A stretch of 64,000 nucleotides of DNA from Gekko japonicus (Eukaryota): the NCBI RefSeq assembly GCF_001447785.1, contig NW_015173673.1, forward strand, positions 849,214 through 913,213, read 5' to 3'. Shown in pieces: positions 35,201-47,962 of this stretch. Positions within the stretch are counted from its first letter, which is position 1. Every line of letters begins with the position of its first letter. Both the position numbers and the translations under genes were made by a program. Below the pieces are notes generated by a model, which had not been told where the DNA came from, did no database searches, and saw only the letters and a program-made list of their open reading frames with translations.

Positions 35201-37584
35201 TGTTTTTGTCAGTAGATGAATCATCCACAAAAATAGTTGCTGATGAGGCTATATTTGCTACTCTGTACCAGCCTGCTTCAATTAAGAAAATGATTTTTTC
35301 ATAGTATGAGGCTTGGCTCTTTACTGTGAAGTTATATGCAGCTGCACTTTTATTTTTAAAGAGAGAAAGTACCTTCAAGAAAAAATAGGTCGTTGGATAA
35401 ACTCTGAAATATTTTTAGTTGTTAAATGTAGTGGCAGTGGTATGTTATTATCACAGATTGCTTTGGTAGTAGAAGAGAAGTCAGTCATAAGAGATCAGCC
35501 ATCTTAATGTTTACAAAAGTGGTGAAAAATATTCAGTGTAATGTAATTTCAGTGCTAATTTCAGTAGTGCAGAACTGCAGGAACCAGTCTAGTTCCCACT
35601 CAGTAATGGTGATGAGACTTGGCTGACTTTTTAGCCAGAGATCAAATGCAGACCTTGCAGCTATGTGTAGGACTGCTTATAAACAGTTCTATTGATTCCT
35701 GGAATTTCCCCCTTGGGATCCTGCTCATTGTACATTTGAGGCAATTAGGAAGGATCATGTGGAGAAATGTAGGATGGTACTAATTATTAGAGGCTGGACC
35801 TGTTTCAGAAGTAGTATACAACTTTGGGGCAGGCATTTGGTGGGCGCAAGTTAAACAAGTAATGGCAGGATAAGCTTTTTAGAATAAGCAGAAGGTGGTA
35901 TACTTGTGTTCCTGAGAATAAGATACTAGCGTCTGTGTACTAGTTTTCTAGTTAATTTTAGCTGTTCTAAGAGTGATTTTCAGTTGTACTATGCCATAAC
36001 ATCTGGCATACCTGCCTAGTGATACTGACATAATCTCATATTTTACTTCATGTCAGACCAGCTGACATAGCCATTGGTGTTTCTCATCCTAAATGTATGC
36101 ATGTTTGTAGGATTAGGATTATACTGTTCATGTGGCTTGTGTCTGCTAGGAATTGGTATCTAACATAAAATAGTCTCTTTCTGCCTTATTTTTTATTATG
36201 CATTGGTTATTGCTTTGCAGGGATATGCTTTTAGGCATGTTCATCCATTATACAACAGAGTCATGACTTCTCCACCCACAGCAATTCATTTTTTAAATAG
36301 TGAGTAAGACGCAAGAATGCCTCTGGAAAGAAGATTCATGTGACAACTCGAGTTTGAATACGCCTTGCCTTATTCTGTTTGAGATGAAGCTGGCAGTGGT
36401 ATAATTAAGCTAGTACTTCACATACATCTTGAGAACAAACAAACAATTTTAGGGCGTTAGGAAAGACTATGTCAGTTTCCCTGACATTACTTAGCTGTAT
36501 TAAGTTAGGGCAATAATGTTTTTTATAATTGTCATTTCCCCACCATATCCTAAGGAAACGAAAGTAGAGATCTATATATCCGTAATTAAAGGGGGGCACA
36601 CAGTGTTTCCTATTATCCAGACAGATTTGGTCTTCGATGATGCAGCAATCCCTAACATGGAGCTCATGGGTATGATGGTGTTCATCAACGTTTCTTAATG
36701 CCTGATGGTTGCATTGCTTCCTGACACCTTCCTTGTCCCTTTTCAAGTTCTTTGTTCCTCCCCTGCTCCATTAGCACACCTTTTTGATTCTTTCCCTTGT
36801 CACTTCCTTCCTTCCCCTTTTTCTCTAGACCATCCATCCTTAACTCCTGTCGCACACCACTGATCCAGGTGGGTTCAAGGTGTGCTAAATTGGGATGTGA
36901 TTTTTTTCTAAAGCAGCCATTTAAACTATTAAAGTGTTATCTTTTAAATGTTAACAGGCTTACAGTCCATTTAGCCCACATACATTTTTATGTATGATCA
37001 GGCCTGTTACTAGTTTTTGTTACAAAAAATTATCATGTTAATATTCTTTAGTGTTAGTTTTGTATCTAGATGGTTAACATTAAGGCCAGCATTGGAAAAT
37101 ATACATTACATTGCACAGGCACAGGCAATCCTGGAATGCACAGGTAACCCTTTGCTAATTTTCCTTGCTTTGGAAAATATTTAATATTTACAGCAATATG
37201 TAAATGGTAAAGAATCCTTTTTATTTAACTGTTTAATGTTTTACATCTGTAGTGCTAAAGGTGATGTGAGGATGCAACAGATCATGTTCCTGCAGAAAGG
37301 AAGGGAGGGATCCTCAATAAGAGAAGTAAACATGAACAATCAGAAGAAGTTGAGGACAGGGGAGAAGTCTTCCACTCCTTCAGTCTCAGCCATTTAACCC
37401 ACCCCATCTTCCTAGCATATGTCACATCCAGAATACCAGTATTGTCTTCAGATGGATTTCCCTATCCACAGAGAGTTCCAGATGATAAATAAGTGCCCTC
37501 CCCTGGCAAAGTTTATTTCAAGTGGGGAAATATTAATCTTTGCCAGTTGCAGTCTCAGCTGAAAATTCAGTTACGATTTCCATT

Positions 37585-38050
37585 TGACTGTAGATGAGGG
37601 CTGTGGCTCTCTACTGCTGGATTAATCAACAGCCTTTGGTATAGTGGATCATGCCATCCTGTTGAGACATTTGAGACAAGTAGGTGTCAAGGGGTGTTCT
37701 CTGGAATAGTTTAAATTAGTGGCTCCCAGCCTGGGGGGCTGCGGAGTTATTGTGAATCTGTATGCATACTAGGCGTTGTCACTTTGATCTTTTTGTCACT
37801 ATGTATTTTTCTCAACCAATGGATACCAGTAGTACAATTGCTATCATATGGGAGGGGGGGGCACAAAAATATTTAATACGAAAAAGGATCCTTGTACTTA
37901 AAAAGGCTGGGAACCACTGGTTTAAATAATTCATTATGGATTGGACCCAGAGGAAGATCAGCTGTCATCAGTGTGGGTGGAGCCTGTCCTCTGGCCTTCC
38001 ACAAGGATCAGTTGTATCTCCCATTCTGTTTAATCTTTAGTAAAACCAGG
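37585..38050 (+). mobile_element. Old L2 RT fragment, interrupted by a MITE
   Basis: Degenerate LLLD.S.AF..VDHAILL and PQGSVVSPILFN motifs. Confidence 0.65.
37717..37919. mobile_element. hAT-Charlie-like MITE
   Basis: TIR (C/T)AGTGG(T/C)TCCCAGCCT, perfect 8-bp TSD GTTTAAAT. Confidence 0.82.
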
Positions 38051-39618
38051 GTTAAAATTTGCTTCTCTGACTAGTACTAATGATTCATTTAGGCAGGCTC
38101 CTGGATTTCATCCCTTTGAGATGTTATGCATATGTTTATGGACGGCTTGAACTATTTGGCCAGTTTCTCTGGCAATGAAATATGTATTCCTGAAAAGTGT
38201 TTTGTGCATCTGAAATAACCTTATATTCTCTTATGTAGATTATAGATTTGGGCATTTTCAAAATGACATTTGAGTACACCAGATGGTATGGCACCTGCTG
38301 CTTTTTCTGCTACTCATGTCAGGGTATGACTCACTTTCGTTTTGGTAGTTGATTTAAAAGTAAATTTTGTGAAGAAGGTTGCCAAGTTCTCTTTTGCTTG
38401 GAGAATCTAGTTGTCCTTTAAAAATATATTGCGTTAGTAGGAGACTGTGTAGCTCCAGAACATCCTACCTTACCTTTGTTTCCTTGCCATTGCTCCCACG
38501 AAAGTTGCAACATCTAGAAAAATGTAAGCTCAGTAGTGTGACATTGGGGAGCACCTGCACAGTGTCCCGATGCCTTTAGATGGGATCTCTTGTAAGGTGC
38601 CTGGCAATCTTATTCATGAAGGGTGTGAATACCCCGGGCAAGCAGATGTTGGGTTAACTAAGAACACATTAATTTTAACTTGAACATTACTATTTGAATG
38701 TCCCATTTGTATGTGTAGTCTTAGTCACTGGTGTAGACTTGATGTGCTCTTACTTATAAATTCATTTAATTACCAGTTTACATCCTTGGGAGGCCCTAAC
38801 TTTATAACATCATGCAAGTATAATTTTATATCAGTGCTATTAATTATATATGCTATAGTTTATAATTCACTTAGCTCCATTCTCCCCAGTCACCAAATAT
38901 TCTGGTTTTCAGGGTGAGCTTCATCCACATCCCTAATATTGCTGACATATTGATTCTATGAAAGTGATGTTCAGCCCCCATAAACAACTTTTTGTCTAAT
39001 TTCTCAAGCATGATGGCATCAAACTCAAATGGCTGAAGGGCCAAACCCTTCATGCATCAGTTTCCAGATGCCGTACTCCTGTATCTTCAGTGAAAAATCA
39101 CTGATTTTGACCACTTTTAAAATCCCTTCACTATCCAGTCTCCATGTGCCACCATTCAACATATTTCTTGCTAAAATCTTTTCATGAGCTCCATCACTGT
39201 CCTTAACTGGCACAGCATCCCCTGGTAGCACCAAAGCCCCCATACTCTGCACTATCTACAATCCTGTGATGTGCCAGAATGGATGCCCACGCATCCTGCC
39301 AGCCTCAATATCTGTCACCCAGGCTGCTTCTCCTGCCCACAGGCAACCACATCACCCTTCCCTAAAATGCTGTCAAACCAAAAATGCTGTCCTGTCCATA
39401 GTCACTTTCAACTCTACTGATAATTTAAATAAGATGTAGAGAACCTAAGACTCAGTAGTAGGTTTGCCATTTTTGTCTTAGTAAATGCATTGCTTCCTTT
39501 CCCTGAATATGATGGGACAGGTACTATGGCCCTCATTGGGAACCCCAGTGGACCTGGTCAGACCTGTATGTAGTTAATTGCCACGATCTCTCCATTTCTT
39601 CAATCTAACACTACTAAG

Positions 39619-40316
39619 CAGGCCCATAGCCACAGTGGGGCATTTGGGGGCCCTGCCCCCTTAATTAAAAGCCCTGCCCCACAAATAGCCATGCCGGAAA
39701 CCTTAATTTTGAGGAGAGACCCCCCCCCCCGCTGCCTGCTACTGGCAGTGGCCAGGATGAAAGTGCTGCGTTTTGCCTTCGGGCTTCCCTCCCACTTTGG
39801 AATTGGGGGGGGGGGCATCATGGGATCAAGGAAAAGACAGCTCAGAGGGCATTTAATCAACTTCAGAAAGCATTTAAATACCTTTTGAGTTCTCTTCCAC
39901 AGGGCAAGAAAGCTTAGAATGGCACTCAAGAGTAGCACCTTCAATACATTTCCAACAATCCCCTTTTCTGCTACCCCAGTCCTGCTGTATACCACCTAGG
40001 TCATGGTGAGTCTTTCAGAAGACTTCTCATGAGCCGTTTGAAAACATGAAAGCCCTTCTAAGGTTTCTTGCCCTGTGGAAAGGGACTCAAAAAGCATTTG
40101 AATGCCTTATGAAGACAATTAAATGCCCTCTGAGCTGGTTTTTTGTGTAGGAACTATTGCACTCACTGCCCTGTCCCTTGAAAGGAAGGGCTAGAAACAG
40201 GCTCAGAGCCTCCCCCTTTAAAGACAGACATTTGGATTAATTTAATTAACTGTAATTTAACTGCCCCCTTAAAAATTTAAATGCCCCTGACCAAAAAAAT
40301 CCTGGCTACAGGCCTG
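39619..40316. mobile_element. hAT non-autonomous element with internal inverted repeat
   Basis: TIR CAGGCC..TAGCCA, perfect 8-bp TSD CTACTAAG. 39836-39925 is inverted at ~40055-40138. Confidence 0.85.
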
Positions 40317-43300
40317 CTACTAAGTCATGGATATCCAAATGGACATCTGAACTCAAGATTGTTTCTTTCACAGTAACTGCATTCTTAATGGTATAGTGTT
40401 GTCCTGGCTAAGAATATCAGTTGTTGGAAGAGAAATAAATCTCAGCAGGTGAAGGCACTCTCATTTGGACATTGTAGCTTGGAAGGTATCTGGCTTCATA
40501 TGGGAAAAGGAGGGCAGGAGGATGGAAGATTGGCAAATGGCCTCACTTAGGGTTCAGCTACAAATTACAAAGTCCTTGTGTTTTTTGGGGAGCAACATGT
40601 GAACTTTGTATCACATGCGTGATGGGAGTTCTGTGCCTTCCAGTCACACACTGGTTCTTTGCAGTTTGCTACTGCAGGGAGAAGTGGCTGTAGCAAACCC
40701 CCCCCACACACACACACTGTTTTTTTACATTCTCCAACTGCCCCATGGAGCCACTCCACTGTGAAACTTACATGTAGTCATATAACTAGTATGATTTTTA
40801 CGGAGTTCAGGGATGTGAAAATGGGGGTGGGGGTGTCTACAGCTGCTTCTCCCTGCATGCTGTGGTTGCAAGCAGAATGGAGCTAGTATGATCCTAGGAG
40901 GTGCAAAATTGCCATCACATGTCTGATAAAAAGTCTTTGTGTTCCTCAGTGAACACGAGGACTTCATAATGTGTAGATGGACAGCGCAGTTCAGATGTCA
41001 TGAATAAGTCACTATTAGAGCATATACTTGGTTATCATTCAGGAGCATTTTTAGTTGATGTGGCCTATCATAGTTTCTTCACTATTACAGCTTTTTAGTA
41101 TGCTTTCATCTGCCTATGTGGGTAGTCACTTTCCTAGGCCATGATTCAAGCAAGCAGACTTGGAAATAAATTTCTCTGACCATGGTGCTCCCAATTAAGG
41201 GCATTTGTACGCTTGGAGATAAATGAAGTAAAGTAGATTGATTTAAGACAAGTTTGAAGCACTGATTTAAAACATGTTTCCAAATTTGAAATGCATTCAT
41301 TTCCTGAACAAGCATATGTGCTAACTGGCTGCTATATTAATTAAGGAATATTCATTTAAGACCTCTTTAATTTAGGAGAGTATCCGGAATCCTTGGTTAT
41401 GAAGCTTACATGTCTTTTGAATTCCAGAATTGTATTTGCTTAGAGATTAGACAAACTTCAGTTTGTGTTCTGTATCCTTGAACAAATGAACAGGATAACT
41501 TGTTGGCTAAGACTACAATTCTGCACATGCTTATTTAGGTGTAGATATCTTTAATCAAAATGGGATTTAAATCTTTTTCCTATGTTTAATTTGAAGCAAT
41601 GTTCAGAACATTCCAGAAGCAAGGTCTGCTAGTTACTGGACAAAACAGTGAGTGACTGTGTGTCATATGGAAAGTAAATGTCCATCATCCTTGGAAGAGT
41701 CATAAACATTCATATTTTGAGACCTGAACTTATTGTGGAGCTTTGACAAATGGAAGGGATAAAATAGATCTCCCATATGGCTAATCCTGGTGAGATCCCC
41801 AGTAGATCCCCTTGGATCCTAGTGATCATGACTTGCTGATTCCTGGGTTCACAAGAGGAAGTCTGGAACAAGAAATACATGGTACTGTGTCATCAATGTT
41901 TAATCTTAGAAGTCACATATTTGCCCCACAAATCATCCTTTTAGATAAAAAGCAACCTTTAATTTGGTTTGTTAAAATGATCACGAGTCAGCTTTTAGCA
42001 ATTGTGAGGGCATGACTTAAATATACATGTGTATTGTAGATTTCATTTTGAGGTAGGTTGTAGAGTCTCTCAAAGACTGGCTGAAATTTTAGAACAATTT
42101 TTCTGTGCTTCAGGTTTTTATTACTCAAACTTACCGAAAGCATCCAGATTCTGTGGTGGCACCAATGATAACTTCTTAACAATAGGACAGAGTGGCTTCC
42201 TACATTTAACGCACTACAAACCTGTGCTGTCAAAATTAGTAACTTTTGAAGTGTTCACATGCTTGTAGAGAGCATATTTCTGTAGTATGCAGAAGCTGGT
42301 AGGGGATGGGTGAGCTTTAGACTTTCATGGGAATACTGTTCTGCATTTGTTTGTTGGCACGCATAGCATGCAGATTACAGTGTGCGAAATTGTTCTTTCT
42401 TTCTTTTCTTTTTTTGTCCAGGCACAGTAATGAGCTTACTCAATATAACTTTTAATTGTTTCATATTTCAGCTTTCTGTTTTTGTCCAGCTGGGTCTGTA
42501 CTGAAATCACTGGATGGTCAAGGCTAGCATATTTAGTTGTATATTTGTTTGGGAAGGGGGATAGAGAGGTGGGTTCTTCCGTGTATATGGTTTTCCTCTG
42601 ACTCAGAAATAAGCCACACTGTGATCAGTGGGATTTACTTCCCGTTAAATGATCATAAGATTGCAGACTAAATTAATTATTTAGCATGTTATTTCTCTCT
42701 CTAGTGCTTTAAAAAGGCAATGTTCCCTTAAAGCCAGGAGTGACAATTGCACATGATGTGTGCAGGCTCCTTAGCAGTGCACTACTACTCTCTAACTAGA
42801 AATAGTAGCAGTGAATCAGAAGAAGGGAAGGGGTAAAGTGGCAGCTAGCTAGTCATTTGTCACAATTTGCCCTGTTCTATCTAGGAAGAGCATGGAGTGA
42901 TTTACACAAGAGTTCTAGGCAGTCTCTCAACCAGCCAATCTGCCTGCTCCTGTTCAGCAGAAGAACTACATCATGTGCTCAGATAAGGTGGGGTGGAAGG
43001 GTCAGATACTAATGTAATTTACTGTTCTGCTTCTTGTCCAATATATGCAGATTGCAGAATGACTACCCCCCTCCCCCCCCCATGGAAAAGTTGACACTTT
43101 GAATATATAATGCTAGTTAAACAAAGAATTTCAGTGGACATATGGGTACAGGCTTTCATAAAGTGGGGCAATATAGTGTCAGTGCGGTCATGACAGTTAC
43201 CTGTTCCGACTGCTGGAAAAGGCTAGGGTGTCCAGTTCAGAGGTTGTATGTGGTTAGATTCTACTGTCTGAATCTGTGATTTCTTTTCTTCCAGTGTATT

Positions 43301-44067
43301 TTTCTGGGTTTATAGGAGGAAAACGTTTTGTTCTCTCAATCTGACATAAAGGATTATCTTATCTTTTATTCACTTTGGAGTCTGTTTCAGAAACTGTTTG
43401 AAATGGTTTATACCTTTCTCAAGCAGTAACCAAAAAAAGAAGAAGCATGTCTCAGTTGTCAGCTAAACAACTAAGTCTTAAAAGCAGCAGTGAAAGCTGA
43501 GGAACCTCCTTGACATTCCATCAGAGCAGCATTCTGTATATGAATGTTGGAAAAGTGTGTTCTCCTACTTTTATGCTATTGTTGGACCTGAATTTGATCT
43601 TTACCTTCTATGCTTGTTTGGAGATTTTATTGTGAACATAAGTAATATATCAGTGACAAGGAGTGAAGCAGAAAGCTTAAAAAAGTAAGAAGGTGAAGTT
43701 TAAAGTGGCATAGAGTGACAGGGCATAGTGTAGAAAGTTAACGAGAGCTGACATGATTGTGGAAAAGAAGTCCACAGACTTCAAGGACTGGAGAAATATT
43801 TTACATTTGCATGTCTGAATCATTAAATTCTCACAAAATTATAAAAAGGGGGGAATAACAGGAAATGTGATTTTGTTGAACAATGGTGATCTAATGTCTG
43901 TGTTTCTGTTACAGATTATGATGACTGACAGCATGAAGCTTTGACTTCAGAAACAGACAGTTGGCATACTATAAATATTGATTGGCCTTAAGCTGACTAG
44001 CAACCATAGTGAAGAAGCATCACAGGAGTTCTTTCTTCCCTAGTTACCTTATATCACAAAATCAATC

Positions 44068-44736
44068 ATGTATGGAAGCGCTCGGTCAGTTGGTAAAATT
44101 GAGCCAAGCAACCAGAGTCCTGGGCGTTCACCAAGACTGCCACGATCGCCACGGCTGGGCCATCGTCGAACCAACAGTACGGGAGGCAGCTCTGGAAGTA
44201 GTGCTGGGGGTGGCAGTGGCAAAACACTTTCTATGGAAAATATCCAGTCCTTAAATGCTGCTTATGCCACTTCAGGCCCTATGTACCTAAGTGACCATGA
44301 GAATGTGGGTGCAGACACGCCTAAAAGCACCATGACTCTTGGCCGATCTGGGGGGCGTCTGCCTTATGGTGTAAGGATGACTGCTATGGGTAGCAGTCCC
44401 AACATTGCCAGCAGTGGGGTTGCCAGTGATACTATTGCATTTGGAGAGCATCACCTTCCTCCTGTGAGCATGGCGTCCACAGTGCCTCATTCACTGCGGC
44501 AAGCTAGGGACAATACTATAATGGACCTGCAGACACAGCTCAAGGAAGTGTTGCGGGAAAATGATATACTGCGCAAGGATGTAGAGGTGAAAGAAAGCAA
44601 ACTTAGTTCCTCAATGAATAGTATCAAGACATTTTGGAGTCCTGAGCTAAAGAAGGAAAGAGCCTTGAGGAAAGATGAAGCATCCAAGATAACTATTTGG
44701 AAGGAACAGTATCGAGTAGTGCAAGAAGAAAACCAG
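44068..44736 (+). CDS. ERC1: ERC1 (ELKS/RAB6IP2/CAST2) first coding exon, 223 codons (exon 43915-44736); gene continues beyond the window
   Basis: MYGSARSVGKIEPSNQSPGRSPRLPRSPRLGHRRTNSTGG...TFWSPELKKERALRKDEASKITIWKEQYRVVQEENQ is almost identical to human ERC1. Acceptor ctgttacag, donor CAG|gttagt. RAD52-ERC1 adjacency is conserved. Confidence 0.98.
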
Positions 44737-45660
44737 GTTAGTAACTTAAGAACTTTAGGGCCGTGAACATGTGATCTGGAAGGGGAAGATAATATACGTG
44801 CTTTAATGAGTGGCCTTTTGGATCGCTTTCATGGGTGGCACTGGGTTATGTCTATTAATTGAGATAAGTTATTCTGTTGACCCTTGGTTGGTATAGGTAT
44901 GTCCAGTAACCTAAGGTATTGTTACATGATATGAAAATATGCAGTATTTTTTTTTGCCTGAGCAGTTGTGTCTATTACAAGAAAACAGATGATAATTAAA
45001 TAGGGAAAATATCTCATTGACTCATTCTTCCTATCCAAAGCTATTACCATAGCTGTTAGAGCCAGTGTTAATTGCAGGTATTCATAACTCTATTAGTCAC
45101 CCAGAAGAGTTCCTGCTTCGAAATTTAGGAATTATTGGATGCGTTAGATTTTGGCAGAAGTCATAAGCTTAATCTGCAGATGTTTCTGAAAACTGGCTGC
45201 CAAATTCTCTTTAAAAAGATGTATACCACTTAATGTCTGAAGGCCAGGAGAGGAGGAGGAAAATGGGGGGGGGGATCAGCCCTCCTCCTTTTTTCTCTAG
45301 GAATTTTTCAGTTTTTGGACAGAATTTAGGGAGCACTGGGGGGGGGGTCCCTCCTATGACATATTGTCTCATTTCAAGTAAGAAAAATATTTTCTTACAA
45401 AACATTTCACTCATTCAAAATGTACAGCATGAACAAGTCTGAGGACTTCTTCAATTTTTTCCAATAGAAAAAAAAATGGGAAATTTGGGAGGGCACTGGA
45501 AAAAAACCCTGTTGTGCTATAGACATATACAGAAGTTTTAATTTTTTTTTTGTTTAAATGTGAATAATTTTGGCAACAATTAATATGTTGAAGTGCCCAA
45601 TAATAGATTAAAGAGTTCAGTGTTTTCAGTGCTACAAAGTTTGGCTTAACATTTAAATAT

Positions 45661-45863
45661 GAGCACTCACTGGATGCTGGGAAAGATTGAAGGTCAAAGA
45701 AGACGGGGACGACAAAGGATGAGATGGTTAGACAGTGTCATAGATGCAACGAACATGAAATTGAGCAAACTTCAGAGGACAGCGGAAGACAGGAAGGCCT
45801 GGCGTGATCTGATCCATGGGGTCGCGAAGAGTTGGACTCGACTGTGCGACTGAACAACAACAA
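45661..45863 (+). mobile_element. BovB/RTE 3' fragment
   Basis: MLGKIEGQRRRGRQRMRWLDSV...HGVAKSWTRL, (CAA)n tail. Confidence 0.9.
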
Positions 45864-46221
45864 TCCGATGGCAAAAATTATACATATGTTATGGCAGCAT
45901 AGGATGCAACACTTGGCAATTCTCTTGTGAGTATGGGTATACTAGCAGTTTTTCATATAGGAAACAAAGATATTTATACTTAAATTTAAAATTATGTAAA
46001 ATTGTATGTGTTAAGTTATAAATAATGTGCTTTATGATAAATCAATAAAAGACATTTAGGTTTGATAGGAAAGTAAATATTGCATATATTACAATTTCCC
46101 TTCAATTCATTTTTTCTGGAAACGAATGAACACCATTCATTTTCTGTACCTTCAAAACTACTGAAAAGTTTATGTATCTATTCAGATGTAGTGTACCAAG
46201 TACACTAACAAGGTAATGGCC

Positions 46222-46352
46222 TAGATTCAGGGGAGTAGCCATGTTGGTCTGAAGCAGCAGAACAAAATTTGAGTCCAGTGGCACCTTTAAGACCAACAAA
46301 GTTTTATTCAAGGTATAAGCATTCATGTGCAAGCACACTTCTTCAGATACAG
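46222..46352 (-). mobile_element. Penelope-like element terminus with degenerate type I hammerhead ribozyme (46313-46350)
   Basis: Minus strand reads GTAT-CTGAAGA-AGTGTGCTTGCACAT-GAATGCTT-ATAC, followed by aataaa...ggtcttaaaggtgccactggactc. Confidence 0.7.
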
Positions 46353-47962
46353 TGGCATAACAGGCTTGCAGATTTCAGTCTCTCATGCAAGGTATTCACA
46401 CCAACTCTGAGTATAAGTTGTTTGGTGTTCTTTTCTGTATCTGGTATTTACTTATATGGCCCCAAGTGTTGTTTATATCAGCAAATCTAGAAATGTTAAT
46501 GAGAGCCTTACGGAACTTTGTGAATAGGTATCTTCATGTACATTCCTATAGTGTTAATCTTATGCCAACTTTAAGGAAATCATCTTCATGACAGAAATAT
46601 TGGTACGGGTAGATGAACTAAGGCACATCCTTAAACTGTAGATCTGAATCTTGCCAATCTCTTCTCCATAAAACCGCTTTTCAACTTTGAATAGTAAGGT
46701 GTGGTTTGACTTCTTTTGAGTATAGCTTGACAGATTCAGGTTTAATCAAAATGTGGATGTGTTTTGCTTAAAAAGTTTGGAAAAGATGAAGTTATCATTA
46801 TCCTGCCCAGTTTCTCTCTCAGTGTTTCTTTAGTGTACTGCACAAAAAGACAAATCACAATAAATGGCACTTTGGAAAAGTAATAATAGATTACATTTAA
46901 AATAGTGTGTTCCTGTAATCAGCTAAAAAAACCCTTGGGTCAAATTGATGCTAGAACATAATTTTGATAGTGAAAGCACATCTGTTCAAAGATAATTTTT
47001 GATTTTTTGTCTTTAAGAACTAATATTCCAGTCTAACTGAACTAATTAGGTGGTGCTCGTACTTAGGAACTTTTAAATGCAAAATAATATAAAGAAATCT
47101 TGTATGTAAACATGTGGCTGCTTTCTGGAGCACCTAAATGGTTTCTTATATAGTTAGAGAAGAGGGCATACTGGCCTCTGTATCCTGTTCCGTCATTCCT
47201 TACATTCATTCTAATTATTTACTTAAGTTAACTGTGCCACGGTTTTATTCTCTGAGCCCACTATAATTATAACTATAATGGTAGGATTGTAGAACTTTGG
47301 TCCAAAAAAGGGGTGGTACTACTTAAAAGCAAATTGGAGCATGCTGTGAGAAACTAGGAATAGTAATTAGTAGATTATAGTCAGTCTGCTCCTAATTAAA
47401 CTGAATTACACTGTTTTATACCATCAATATCCACTGTAGTTGGCCATTTCGGTCCTTTATAAGGAAGATCAGGTTAATGAGATTTACTCTAATTAAACAG
47501 ATAGGCTTTGAACAAAGTTTTTGCATAGTGATTTCTTTGAAATGATGAGTAAGCACCTGGACCTCCAATTGAAATATATGCTAATATAAAGATTCAGTCT
47601 GTAAAGTTTCCACCATAAGTACAAGAAATAACTGAAGGATACATTTCATTTTTTAGTTTCAAATTTCTAATCCTAACTGGAATTTGTTTCCCTGTGGAAT
47701 AATTACATTTTTCCATTGCAGATTCGCATTTTCCAAAATCGGTCAAACTTAATAAAAAGATATATGGCCTCAGTGATTCAGAATGTGTGGGGAAAAGCTT
47801 ATAGTAGTAAACATTTAGATTTAGATAACAAATTGTTATCTGATGGATCAAGGATCAGGAAAATTTAAATCATACTTGAGTAGTTGGCCTTTTTCTATAT
47901 GTTTGGCAATAGCTATCTGTAAATACTGTGCACAGAGCTATCCATTTTTCTCGTGTTAGGAT

